Shown: in pieces, positions 29,601 to 49,249 of the stretch
Layout: each line of letters begins with the position of its first letter
How positions within the stretch are numbered: position 1 is the stretch's first letter
Assembly: GCF_009914755.1 (NCBI RefSeq)
Contig: NC_060927.1
From: the human T2T-CHM13v2.0 reference genome, Homo sapiens
Direction: 5' to 3' (one strand)
DNA: 64,000 bases
The notes under the pieces: model-generated
What the model saw: the letters and a program-made list of their open reading frames with translations, nothing else
Told to the model about the DNA's origin: nothing
The model's database searches: none
Program-made: the position numbers and the translations under genes

Positions 29601-31619
29601 CTTTCTTTATCCTTGACCTTTGGGAATTTTATTATTATATCTTGAAGTTGTATTATTGGGGTCTAATCTGCTTGGTGTTCTATAATCTTCTTGTACTTGA
29701 GCATTGATATCTTTCTCTAGGTTTGGGAAGTTCTCTGTTATTATTTCTTTGAATAAACTTTCTACACTGACCTCTCTCTACCTCATCTTTCAGGCTAATA
29801 GCTCTTAGATTTTTCCCTTAGGGGCTATTTTCTAGATCTTGTGGGCATGCATCATTAATTTTTATTCTTTTTTCTTCTGTCTCCTCTGACTGTGTATTTT
29901 CAAATAGCCTGTCTTCAAGCTCACTCATTCTTTCTTCTGCTTGATTAATTCTGTTAAGAGACTCTGATTCATTCTTAAGTATATGTCAGTTGCATTTTTC
30001 AGCTCCAGAATTTCTGCTTAATTCTTTTTAATTATTTCAATCTGTTTGTTAAATTTATTTGATAGGATTCTGAATTTTATCTCTGTGTTATCTTGAATTT
30101 TTGTTGTGCTTCCTCAAAATAGCTATTTTGAATTCTCTGTCTGAAAGGTGACATATCTCTGTCTCTCTGGGATTGGTCACTGGTGCCTTATTTATTTATT
30201 TATTTATTTTGGCGAGGCCATATTTTTCTGGATGTTCTTGATGCTTGGGTATGTTCATTAGTGTCTGGGCATTGAAGAGTTGGGTATTTACTGTAATCTT
30301 TACTGTCTAGGCTTGTTTGTACCTGTTCTTCAGAAGGCTTTCTAGATATCTGAAGGGACTTGAGTGTTATAATCTAAGTCTTTGGTCACTGCAGCCATAT
30401 CTGCTTTAGGGGGCACCCCAAGTCCAGTAACCTTGTGGCTCTTTTAGACATACAGAGGAACTGTCTTGGCATCTTAGGTAAGATCTGGGAGAATTGCATG
30501 GATTATGAGGCAGAGACTGTTCTCTTCCATTATTTTCCTGCAAGCAAACAGAGTGCCTCTCTCTCTCTGTCTCTCTCTCTGTGCTGAGCTAGCCGAGGGA
30601 GGGGGTGACACAAGTACCCTTGTGGCCACCACCACTGGGACTGCGCTGGGTCAGAACTACAGCCAGAACAGCACTGGTTCTCTCCCAAGGCCTGTGGTGA
30701 CCACTGTGTGGCTACCACCTATGCTACTCAAGGCTCAACAGCTCTACAATTAGCAGGTGGCAAATCTAGCCAGGCTTGTTTCCTTCCTTTCAGGGCAATG
30801 AGATCCCCCTGTCCCCAGGTGGGTCCAGAGGTGCCATCTGGGACCCAGGGCCTGTAGTTAGGAGCCTCAGGAAACTACTTGGTGCTCTATTCTACTGTGG
30901 CTGAGCTGGCACTCAAACCACAAGACAAAGTCCTTCCCACTCTCCCCATCCCCCAACCTTTCCTCAAGCACAGGAGTCTCTTTCCATGGCTACCACCACT
31001 TCAGGCCTGTGACAAACATTGCCTGGCTACCACTGATGTTCACTCAAAGCCCAAAGGCTCTTCAGTCAGTCTGTGGTTAATGCTGCCAGTCAAGGCAGTG
31101 TACTCTCCTCAGGCCCAAGGCAGGTCCAGTAATCCTGTCCAGGAGCCGAGGCCTGGAATCAGAGACCCCAAGAGCCTGCTTGGTGTTCTACCCCATTGAG
31201 GCCAAGCTAGTACCCAAGCTGATTTTGGTTCTTATCTTGTGTGAGTAGCTGTTAAATTTGTGTTCCCATGGGGGAATGATTGCTGGAGGGTTCTATTTGG
31301 TCATCTTGCTCCACCTCTCTCCTCCTTACAGACTATTTTTAATACCATTTCTGGGAAGTGAAAGAAAAGCTCTTTATGACTTACCTACTATGTACTTTCC
31401 TGAGCTGGATATCATAGAATATAGTAGCCATAGAGTTGGACCACTTTAGTCCCTCTTCTTTGAGTAGGAGAGATTTTTGTCAAGTAGCTGGATTGGGACA
31501 CATCTTCTTTCCTTTTCTCCTATGTAAGGGGTTCATGGCAACTCCTCACCATGATTGATACAGACAGTGTTATAGTTATTGCTGAAGCTTAGACTTCTGT
31601 GGGATTGGCTGAAGGTTTT

Positions 31620-32690
31620 CTTTCAATTCTTTTAAATTTATTGAGTCTGGTTTTATGGCCCAACATTTGGTCTATTTTGGTGAATAAAACATTTACTCTG
31701 GAAGAAAATGTGTATTCTGTAGTTGTTAAAGTATTCTAAAAAAGGTTGTGTCAAAGTGATTGTTAAAGGTACACCTATCCTTACCAATATTTTTGCCTGA
31801 TTCTCTCAATTGTCAAAAAAGGGGTATTAAATTCTCCACCTATGATTGAAAATTTGTATATTTCCTTAATTCTGTCAACTTTTGCATCACATATTTTGGG
31901 GTTCTACTATTAGATGCATATACATTTATTATTGTTATATCTTCTGGATGAACTGATTTTATCATTTAGATAAAAAGGTTTCTTTACCTCCAATAATACT
32001 TTTTGTCATAAAGTCTACTTTATCTGATATCCAGCTTTATGCACATTGATTGCATGATATATATGTTTTCATCCATTTGATCTCAATCTATTTGTGCCTT
32101 TATATTTTAAGTGTGTATCATGTAGACAGCAAATACAAGTCTTACGTTTTTATCCATTCTGGCAATCTCTTTTAATTGAGTGTTTAGTCCATTTAGATCT
32201 AATGTATTTTTTTATATGGGTTAATTTGTGTCTACCATTTTCCTATTTGTTTTCTGTGGCCATTCTATTTTTTATTCCTGTTTCTCCTTTTTTGCCTACT
32301 TTTGGATACATTTAATGTTATTAGGGTTCTAATTTTAATTTATACTTCAATTATTAAGCAATACTTCTTTGCGTTTTGGGGGTCAATTTAGGGATACATT
32401 AAATTTCATTAACTTTTCATTGTCAACTTGGAGCTAATATTTTACTACTTTCCAGTAAAATCTTAGAATCTTATAACAATATAAGTCCTCTTGCCATCCT
32501 CCGTTCTCTCATAGTATACGTTTATGTATTACATCTGCATACATTACAAAACCTGCTATGCAATGTTCTTATTTTTGCTTTAGATATGTATTTTAAGGAA
32601 ATTAAGAGAGAAGAATTTTTATATTCAGTCATATATCTATGATTTCTAGTATTCTTCATCCCTTTCTGAAAATCTGAACTTCATGAAGTG
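31620..32690 (-). mobile_element. Ancient L1M ORF2 fragment
   Basis: Degenerate L1 endonuclease-region text (TTTATGGCCCAACATTTGGTCTATTTTGGTGAAT...). Confidence 0.55.
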
Positions 32691-33019
32691 TTTTGTGGCA
32701 CAATTTTACATTGGACTGAAGATGCTTTTATTCCTTGAGTCTTATCTCAAGGACATACTTAACCATAAACCTTTAAAAAATTAAATTCACACTTTGTTTT
32801 CAAAATCTGAAAAGAAGTTATATATTTTTCCTTTGGAAATAATTCTACAAAGGTAAAAATTTGGATTCTGGTCACCTCCTGATTTTATCATTATAAAAGT
32901 ACTAATGAAGATAAACCAAAATGGTGGATAAAAATAAATTTGTTTGACTTTGGAGAGGTTTTTTTTTTAACCTTTTTAGTTATTTATTATGTGTGAGGAA
33001 TATCAAGACTTTTAAATAA

Positions 33020-33362
<343 letters not shown>

Positions 33363-33773
33363 TGAAAGACATCTTGAAACCAGAATTTCTCTTTACACTC
33401 CTCACTCTATGCCTCCTCCCATAGTGAACATTGCTCTTTACTCTGATGAAAGAGCAATGAAATTACTAAATGGACTTTACTCTCTGTAGTATGGAAACAT
33501 GTCTTCTCTAAGCTGGCAGAATTCATTAAACTTCAGTAGAATGAAAATACTTCTCCCTTAAAGCACTCGCACCCTACCAGGATCACCTGTATGAACAAAC
33601 ATCACCACTGAACTACCTGCACAGGGCAAGGAAAGGAGCTCCTTTTTGAAAGCTCACTCCTGAAACTCCAGACCATGAACCCTAAAAGCAAGGGAATAAT
33701 TCAAGGAATCCACATGATTGTTAGAACTTTTTGAGAATTTTCAGTTTTGGTATTTATTGAGATTACTTCCTAA

Positions 33774-35532
33774 TGATGCCAGCGGCAGCCCATCTGAAGT
33801 GGCCGCTGCCATGGCTCCGGCTGCAGTGGGGTACAGGCGCAGGCTGTGGGTCCTCAGATGCAGATGCTGAGGCAGGCAGTCCCCAGAGCCTGCCCCAGGG
33901 AGCGCCCCCGGAGTCCACCGCCCTGGGAACCCACCCCCGGGAGCTGCCCTGATGGGGCCGGACCCAGCCGCTCACCGGAGGGAGAGCAGTGCAGTCGGGC
34001 AAGGAAGAGCAAGCAGAGAGGGTCCCCAGGAGGAACTGGGTCTGGAGCGGTGCCACACTTGCACATGGAACGTGGGAGCCAGGCCCGAGATGTAGAGCTG
34101 GGGTCACGCTTCAGGGGACCGGGGTGGGAAGTGGGAGCAGTGCCCGCTTCGAGGACCCAGCCAGCAACGTGGCCACCGCGCCCAACCCGCCGACGGCGCC
34201 AAGTTCCTGCGCCTGGGGAACAGTCTCTGCTCCGAGTCACCTGAGGCTGCGTCCTCAGGATCTGCTCCACATCAAGGTGACCGCCGAGCCTGACGTTTCC
34301 AATGGCCAGGCCCAGGGCCCACGATCTGCTCCCGGAAGTGACCTCCAGTCAGGGCCATGAGCCAGGCAAGGGGGAGCCCCAGGCTGCCCCTGAGTGCTGG
34401 GGCCACAAGAATAACTTGCAGTGACGTCACCCCTGCTCCGGAGGCTGGCCCGGGCCCAGCGAGGACCTGAAGCTCCCACTCCAGGCTGTGAGGAGGCACG
34501 GCCAGGGCTACACACTCCACTGAGCCAGCGGGAACCGGGGGCAAGCGGGAGCCCCACCTCTTCTCAGTTGGCCGGGTGGGAGCTCCCTGGGTGCAGTTGC
34601 AGTTGCCTTGTCGCAGCTGCTGACCGAGGCATCTTTGCACTCTCAGGGGTCCAGGAAGACCCCCCTGCCTGGGTGCCATGAATAGAGGCAGGAGGCAGAC
34701 AGGCTCTTGGGTGGAAGGGGGAGGGTCCGTGGTGAAGCCCCACCTTAAAGCCAGGGAGGGCCTGATGAGCAGCTCTAGTGAAGAGCTACTGTCTCTCCTG
34801 AGAGCTGAGTGCTCATCGGAACACCCTGGCTAAGGAGAGGAGCTACCCACTGCGGCTGCAGGTGTCCTCTGAGCTGTTCTATCACTCAGTAAAGCTCCTT
34901 TTCGTCCTGCTCACCCTCCACTTGTCTGCATACTTCATTCTGGATGCAGGACAAGAACTAGGGACCCACCAGAACGGCGGGGCTAAAAGAGCTGTAACGC
35001 AAACAGGGCAGGGCTGAAACATGCCCTTTGTTCTCCACATTGTGGGCAACAAGGAGAGGAGAGAGTAGAGAAGAGCTGTGGCTCTTCGGGGAGCCCAGAC
35101 CTAGGAACTCCCTGAGCCAGGGTTGTGACACTCTCTTTAGGGGTCTGAGGTTCCTGGTGTCACCAAGCTTCTGGGTGTCACCCGGTTCCCTGGTGTTAGC
35201 CATGGAAGCTGCTTATGGTAGGCCTGGTCCATCTGCAGCCTCTCAGGGAGCTGGCGCTTGTGCCAGTGCCTGGAGCTGCCTGCCCCACCGCAGCTGGCAT
35301 GCCTGGCTGTGCCCTGTGGCCGGACCCCATGCTTGCTTACACACCCCTCACCGCTCCACACCTGGCTCGTCCTTGGCAGGTGTGGGATCCAGGTCGGTAG
35401 CTAAGCCAAGCACAGCCTGCCAGACCGAGTAGGAGGAATGAGCCCAGTGGGCTAGAGCTAAATGTTGGCAAAGGTGCCACTGGCCACATAGATTTCTGTC
35501 TGATGAAACAACACCCCAAGGATCCCATAACA
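33774..35532 (+). mobile_element. Long GC-rich ERV1 solo LTR (MER52-like), 1759 bp
   Basis: TGATGCCAGCGGCAGCCCATCTG...CCCCAAGGATCCCATAACA; 4-bp TSD CTAA at 33770-33773 and 35533-35536; AGTAAA signal near 34888. Confidence 0.85.
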
Positions 35533-36007
35533 CTAACAATACTTTTTGAAGGTGCTTGTTATCTTTAGTTCTCAAATTATTTTTTTATAAAACCTCATTC
35601 ACCTTTAACTTGTTCATCAAAGACTGAAAGAGGTGTGTAAAACTTCCTTTTATTCTATTTTTCTATTAATTTTTCTTCTGACTGTTATAGCAATTTGTCT
35701 TTATACAATTCAATGCTGCATTATCATGTTCCTGGAAATTTATGGATATGGTATTTAATATATCTGTGGAGCATTATACCTCTCAGCAATATAACAAGTC
35801 TCTCAGTCCCACTTCATCTTGAAATCTGATTTTCTGTCTAGCAGTGTACCAACTTCTAGTTTGTTTTTATTTGATTTTATCTAATTTATTTATGCTAATT
35901 CTTTTATTTTTAAGTTTTCTCATCACTTTGGTTTTAACTTATCTCTTTTTAGACCCTGCATATTTAGATTTGTTTTTGATAATTTTCTCATAGTTTTTCC
36001 ATTTTAT

Positions 36008-36326
36008 CTATTTATTTATTTATTTATTTATTTATTTATTGAGACAGGGTCTTTCTCTGTCACCCAGGCTGGAATGCAGTGACACAATCACAGCTCACTG
36101 CAGCCTCAATCTCCTGGACTCAATTGATCCCCCCACCTCAACCTCCCAAGTAACTGGGACTACAGGCACGTGGCACCATGCCTGACTAATTTTTTTCCAA
36201 TTATTTTATACAGATAGGGTCACACTATGTTGTCCAGGCTGTTCTTGAACTCCTGGGCTCAAGTGGTCATCCTGCGTCAGCTTCCCAAAGTGTTGGGATT
36301 ATAGGCCTGAGCCACTGTGCCTGGCC
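36008..36326 (-). mobile_element. AluJ-like SINE with (TTTA)n tail
   Basis: TSD AGTTTT(T/G)CCATTTTAT at 35992-36007 and 36327-36342. Confidence 0.92.
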
Positions 36327-37126
36327 AGTTTTGCCATTTTATTAAAAATGTTAAACTTTTGGCTATTTAGTTAAATAGTAGCTATTAAAACTAATGTTTG
36401 TTTTATTGTGTTATCTTAGTTTTTTTTCCCTATACGTCTATCACTGCCTCCTTAATTTTATATATTGTGTTATATAAATTATGTTTTTTAGTATAACTTC
36501 CTCTATTTGGAATATTTTCATTCTATTTTAAATTCTACTAATTATAATCTTTATTAAATATTACTACAACTTATAAGATACAAATTTCAATTTCCAGAGT
36601 AAAACAATAGATATTGATTCCTCTCTTTTTAAGGTAATAATATTAACACAGTTTAACTGCTTCTTGCAGTTTTGTTGGTACAATTTAAAATTTATCATGT
36701 TGTGGTTAAGTTATACTGTCTACATTATTTTCTTTTAAGAAATATTTATAATACTAGATTATGTTTGATAATTATATTAACTGTATTTTCTTATGCTTAA
36801 CTCTATATTTAAATGTTTTTAATGTTTTGCCAGTCGTTTTACATTGGAATGTCCTGTTATTTTGACTTCCTTACTTTAAGGAAACTCTCATCAATGGTAG
36901 TAATTTTTGAGTAAATATTTAGTGGATAGTTGGTAAACATTAATGAGGACTTTTCTAGCTGACAATTTTTCTTTAGATACTATGACACATAAACTACAAA
37001 TTAGTTTGGCATTTAATTCTTGGCAATGACCTTTATTCATTGACATTCTATAGACGAACGGAAATTTTATGTTGTGAAAATAAAGCCTGAGAAGGAACTA
37101 AAATTCTTGTATTTTTCCCCATTCTT

Positions 37127-43269
<6,143 letters not shown>

Positions 43270-44499
43270 TTCCCCATTCTTATGTCATCCCTTTTTAAAC
43301 ATAAATTATTTTGAAACAATTTTAGATCCATAAGATGTTGCAAATAGTATGGAGAATTCCCATGTATGCTTTACTCAACTGTTCCCATGATCATATCTTA
43401 TGTTACTTTAATACATTATCAAAATGACATTGATACAATCTACATAGTTTATTTATTGATGGGCTTTATTCTTTTGTGGTGATGACTTTCATTCTAGCCT
43501 TATTAATTATCAACTAAGTGAATAAATATGACTCATTTTCAAATAAAAATATTGTTTTGTAAATGTTTTTGTCCTCTCTTCTTTTTACCCTATAAAATTA
43601 ACTTTTTATGCATACTCTTCTCATCTCCTCAACTAGAATATCAGTACTCTGAGTGCAAGGAACTTGCTTGTGCATATCTTTCACAGTAGATAACATCTTT
43701 GTTCAATATCAGGATGAGCTATTCTGTATTTCATGAAGAAACTGCAATTTTGATGACTATCCCATTAAGTTGCTAAGAACGGTAACTACAGTGTGAAGCT
43801 GGTGTCATGTTGGCTGTTTCTGGCTATGGTAAAATGTCATTGAGGAGGAAAGTCTTTGATACAAAATGGAAATTGTTAGGAAGGGCATTTGATCAGACTA
43901 TATAATGCAGTGTGGGGAGCTGCTTGGCTTTTTGAATTGCTACCACCATATTTAATGCTTCTAAGAACCTCATCCTTTATCCCAGGTAGCCCTCTCCAGT
44001 GCCTTTTAGGATTAATTCCCTTAGATAATGGATGGGTGCCTGCCACTAAATTTACAGGGATATAACTCAGTTCTTTATGATTGTCAGTATCAAATGGAAA
44101 CTCCTAGAAGATCAATAAGTAGGGTAAGCCTCATCTGACATTGCCAATTGATCCATGGGCTTGTTGCCCAGAGTGAGCAGGAATTTAGGGAGGAATCTGA
44201 ATGAAGGCACAGTCAAGGATTTTCTCTTCTCCATGCATAGGAGGGGGAAATTATAAAAGAGAGGTTCGTAACAAAATGTTAATGGTAAAATGGTAAAAAC
44301 TGTTAATGGTAAAATGATAAAAATTACAACATGGTAAAATTGAGTATCGCAATGTGGCAAGGACATGGAGCTAAAAGTCAGGAAACTTAGGCTGTTATTC
44401 AGCTTTACCATTGATTCCTATGATTATAGGAAAATCACATAACCTCTGTGGGTGAGGTATGCAAAATATAAAATGGAGTAGTGGGGCAATATGTGTGTT

Positions 44500-44695
44500 A
44501 AAATCAACACAGTGTTTTGTAAAATGGATCTGAATATTGCTTACATCAGAACGTACATAGTATGTTAAAATGCTGATTCCTGGGCCTCACCCCTTACCTA
44601 CTCAACCAGAATCTACAGGCATAGGAGCTGAGACTCTTCATTTTAAACAAGGACCTCAGGTGATTTCTATGTACACTAAAGTGTAGGAATATCTA
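44500..44695. mobile_element. MER5A-like hAT-Charlie DNA transposon
   Basis: TGCTGATTCCTGGGCCTCACCCC...CATTTTAAACAAGGACCTCAGGTGATTTCTATGTACACTAAAGT. Confidence 0.65.
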
Positions 44696-45699
44696 GATTT
44701 GTTTACACGTGAAACTTCTAGATTTAGAATACTATAATTCTAATAAACATTTACTAAATGCTACAGATATTACTTAGAAGGCACAATTTGATCTTTGTGT
44801 TACTGGTAATCAGTCTGACCCACACATTTTTTCTTTTCAAATAACATTTTTGGGCTTTTAGGAAGCACAGAAATATTGGGAGTCCACCCAAACAGGTCCA
44901 ACAGGATGGTGTTTTTATGAATTATCCATGGTCTAGGGTCTTTTCCTAATTATTGTACCAACAGAAATTTGATCAAATCTTAGTTTACTTTAGAATTTAA
45001 ATTCTGGAAAAATCAGATGAAATAGTGTATGCCACAAAAAAGATGGTTTTCTAGAGACTGGATTTCTCATGTGCCCCAAATAAATTTCTCTCCCTTGAAC
45101 AATCAGGATGGCCAATGACCACTCCTGTCCTTCTGAAACCTGTGTCTCCAAGCACGCACTGTCATAGGGCCTTTCTTCTGATGTGTTAGATACCACCTGT
45201 TGAGTAATAATCAAGCTACTTTTTCTACTTTTGGCCAGAGAACAAGTCTGTCTCTTGCCAACACTTATTGATTTTTTAGTCAAACTATAAGGGTCTTTCC
45301 AGAGTACCAGAAGTCTCCAATAACAGTACTCACAGGATATGATTCCAAAAATAAACTCTTAAAAAGGTTGGGGCCCTATAGATGCTAATGTGGGAGACAT
45401 CCAAGGATATTTATTTTTAAAAATACCTTTTCATTTTGAAATGATTTAATAAAAAATTTTGGAAAAATAGTATAGCTCCCACATATTCTTTGTCCAGCTT
45501 TCCCAAATGATAATATCTTATACAGCCATAGTATACTGTCAAAATCAAGAAACTGACATTGGCACAATATTATCAACTTAACTACAGATGCTATTTCATC
45601 TGTCATTTCCACAAAGGATATTAATAAAGAATTAACAGCAGCATCTTAAAAGCTATGATACACTTTGCAGTCACTTTCTGTTACAGTTACAGGCAACAG

Positions 45700-45960
45700 T
45701 ATAGGCAGCACCGTATATTGGATAGAGGAGGGGTTTTGGAGCTAAAGATGTAAGAATTCAATTCCAGACTCCACTGAGTACTGGTTGGGTGATCGTGGAC
45801 AAACTACTTAGTTTATCTGAACTTTAGTTTCCTTATCTGAAACATGCGGATGATAAAGCTTGTTGTATTGGGTTGATGTGAGGATTACATGAGAATGATC
45901 AAATGATGAGGATTAAGTGAAAAGCAAGGGTCTGATACTGATATGACTTCTATAAATGGC
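45700..45960 (+). mobile_element. MIR SINE
   Basis: MIR core: GGACAAACTACTTAGTTTATCTGAACTTTAGTTTCCTTATCTGAAACATG...GTGAGGATTACATGAG. Confidence 0.7.
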
Positions 45961-46502
45961 AGTTTTTACTGGAAACATATAGAAAATATTATTCAGTGTT
46001 TTGTGGCTCAATTTCTCATGTACATCTGGTCTTCATCTGTGAAGTACAGAAAAGCAGTGACTAGAAGGGCTTTACATTTTTTTGTCCTTAAGTGCACAAA
46101 TTTCTAGCTATGTTACTATAACTCCAAGAAATATGGAAGCACAGAATGTTAGAACTGGGAGAAGAATTAGGTATTTCATAGTTAATCTTCTTCCTTCAGG
46201 AAGTTGAAGATTATCAAGATTATGAAATAAGCAAATTTACACAGCCAGCTAGTGGCAACCCAGGACCTGAACTCGGGTCTTCTATATCTGCTATTGTACT
46301 GTTACATGTAGGTCTTTGTATATGGGAAAACTTTGCCTCAACCCTCTTAGATTAAAAAGTGCATGGCAGCTGCACACTGGCAAATTCAAGTTGGGGAAGT
46401 GCCGTGCAGATGAGAAGGTTGGGTGGCAGAGTGAAATAAAATGTCTTCCTTGATACTGTATCTCAGCACTTACCCAACATTAAACTTTTGTTCTATCTGC
46501 AG

Positions 46503-46760
46503 GGATTGCAAATTTTTATCCTGTACACTGTTAGAACAAAAGTCTTCCAGAGTGAAGCTTCCAAAGTGTTGATGTTGCTATCGTCTATTGGGAGAAGGAA
46601 GTCATTGCCTTCAGTGACGCGGCCGAGGCTGCGTGTAAAGATGTATAATTTCCTCAGGTCATTGCCAACCTTACATGAACGCTTTAGGCTACTGGAAACC
46701 TCTCCGAGTACTGAGGAAATCACACTCTCTGAAAGTGACAATGCAAAGGAAAGCATCTAG
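46503..46760 (+). CDS. ADGRG7: ADGRG7 terminal coding exon (end of TM7, helix 8, C-tail ...SESDNAKESI*)
   Basis: ctgcag|GGA phase 0, continuing FNTTQ|GLQIFILY; TAG at 46758-46760. Confidence 0.95.
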   Translation, partial: GLQIFILYTVRTKVFQSEASKVLMLLSSIGRRKSLPSVTRPRLRVKMYNFLRSLPTLHERFRLLETSPSTEEITLSESDNAKESI

Positions 46761-47185
46761 ACAGTAAAACTTACCTGTTGTGGTCTTTTTAATCACCTCG
46801 TTTGAGTTTTATCTGTTTCTCTCCTTTATTTCCCAGTCCTCTCAGAAAGTCTTCCTCAATGTATTTTGCTCAGGATTAAGAATTAGATAAAACCTGTTGT
46901 TTATTATTATTCGGCATAATGGACTTGGTAGTTTTTCTATTTTTCAATAGATTTGTACTTGAATAAGGTGAAGAATTTCACACAACATACAAGAGTACCA
47001 TTGTTCCTTATATCGTTAAATCTTTGTGACACACTTTGACAAAAATGTAGAACCTATAACAAATTCTTTTACAAGTTACTATAAAGGACACAAAGAGAAA
47101 ACTTTACCTTCCAGAACAAAATGACTCCTGATGAACAGTGTGTGGGGATTTGCTTGTATGTATTAAACTTTTGACCTCTGAATAT
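46761..47185 (+). other. ADGRG7: ADGRG7 3'UTR with candidate poly(A) signal ATTAAA at 47162-47167
   Basis: ATTAAA followed by a GT/T-rich downstream element (GTCGTATGTGCTTGTACTTTT). The 3' end is inferred. Confidence 0.6.
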
Positions 47186-48475
47186 TTTACAGTCGTATGT
47201 GCTTGTACTTTTATTTCCAATGAAGAATTTGGCACCAATTCAAACTTTGAAAAGCGATATTTTTTTCTGTTTAAAAAAAAGTGTGTTTTGTGACCAGGAG
47301 AATTGGCTCTGTAAGAAATGGGCAGCGAGACAGGTTAGTTTGTTACTAAATGGATATTTCCTTCCAGTTCTTAATATATTTGCTCTTTCACTGAAGTGGC
47401 ACTGAGACCCCCAAAATGAGAAGTTAGTCATAATCATCATTTATGGCTTTTAAAAGATTTAACTGCTCATGGAAAGTCAAACACTTGAATTATGAATGGC
47501 TTCCTCATTAAAAAAAATGGCCTCTATTTGGGTGGTGAGCATTCCCACTGGACTTAGGATATATAGTCTTTAAATTGCTGTTTTCTGTTTTGCCATAAAC
47601 AAGACAGCTGCTGTCAGTGCACGGAATTCCGAGATTAACAAATGTCATGTGGGCTTGGCACTCCCTAAAGAATGTGTGTTTTCTAGAGAAATAGTTGCAG
47701 AAGACTTTTGGGTTCCTGGGCAAGCCAACAAGAGCCTATATTTATAGGAGAACAGAAAAAAGTAAAGGGAAGAGAATAAAGAATAAAAGCAGACCTCAAA
47801 AGCCAGTGTTCTTGGTGGCATCATAGGGCTGCACCTAAATAGTAGCTGGGCACAGGGAAAATGATAAGATGTGGTTGACTCAAAATTTGTATTCAGATGA
47901 AAATTAAGCTTAAGTTAGGGCCACTTTAAATGTTAAAAAAAAAAAATCACCAAAGAGCCATATTTAGCCTGAGGGTAAGTGTATGTGTTTCCCTTTGTAA
48001 TTACAGTTGTTTTCTTTGCACGTTTTTCAGCACTTTTGGGGCATAGTAACTAAAATTCCATAAAATGTTGCTGAAATATCTGTACTATAAATGTGCAAGC
48101 TCCACATGCAATTGTGGTGACTAATTCAGGTGAACATGGATATTCTTCTGTCTACCCTGAAATGAATCCTACCACTAGGAAATAATTCCTTTGATTTAAA
48201 TCATTGTCTCATGCACCGGTCAGCAATTTTCAGTTTAATGATAGAAACCCAACTCAAATTAGGTTAAAGGTGAAGGTAATTTAATGGATCAGTTAATGTA
48301 AAGTCCAAGGACCGAGTTGGTAGGATTACTATGTGTTTTAGTTTGCCTGGGCAAGTCCCAATTTGTGCCTGTTTTTCTGAGTTAAGCATTACTAGCAGCC
48401 CCTTTTACCTTCAAGTGTCATGGTTTGAGTTATGAAATATATGATAATGCTAACTTTAGGTCTATTTAGAACAAG

Positions 48476-49249
48476 TGATATGGGTGGGGGCAGGGAAGTG
48501 CTGAGTAGAGAAGGGCAGGGTCCCTGGTGAGGGCTCCACCCTGGGGTCTGCTCCCATGGACCTAAGTGAGAACAGGCACTCCTGTTTTCATGCCCAAATG
48601 TTGCATTTTCCAAGGCCACTCTGGCCCACCACGACCCCCATCCTGTGTCCGTATAAACCCGAGACCTTAGCGACACACACATAAGGGGCTGAACATCGAG
48701 AAGAGCAGGGGAAAAGAGCGGTGGAGAATGGTGGGGTGGTGTGGCAGAGAAGGAGGGAAGAGGCTTCTGAATGTTGGCCAAGGACAGCCAGACTCCAGGG
48801 GAAGATCACCTTCCCACTCCATTCCCCTTTTCCAGCTCCCCATCCACCTCACCGAGAGCCACCTCCACCACTCAGTAAAACCTTGCACTCATCCTTCAAG
48901 CCCACGTGTGATTTGATTTTGCCAGTACACTGGGTAAGAACTCAGGATACAGAAAGCTATCACACTGGCCCTCTGCCCTGGCGATAAGGCAGAGGGCTTA
49001 TTGAACTGATTAACACAAGCTGTCTGCAGATGGCAAAGCTGAAGGCGCACACTGTAACACACAACCACCTGGGCTCTGGGAGTGGCAGACACCCACCCAT
49101 AGACGGTGCTGTGGGGTTGGGGCCCAAAGGCTTTCCCCACGACCTCTTCACCTGCCTGTCTGCATGTTCCGCCTAGGAGGCAGGGAGCCCAGCGAGCCAC
49201 ACCCCTGTCACATGCCCTGTGACGGGGATCAGGGAACTCTGTCCTTTCA
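48476..49249 (+). mobile_element. ERV1 solo LTR (LTR1-like), 774 bp
   Basis: TGATATGGGTGGGGGCAGGGAAGTGCTG...GGGAACTCTGTCCTTTCA; TATAAA at 48652-48657, AGTAAA near 48874; imperfect 4-bp TSD CAAG/CAGG. Confidence 0.8.

Noticed and set aside
33763-35575. Cluster of 60-138 aa ORFs that could suggest a nested gene
   Set aside because: Essentially confined to a GC-rich solo LTR bounded by TG...CA and a 4-bp TSD.
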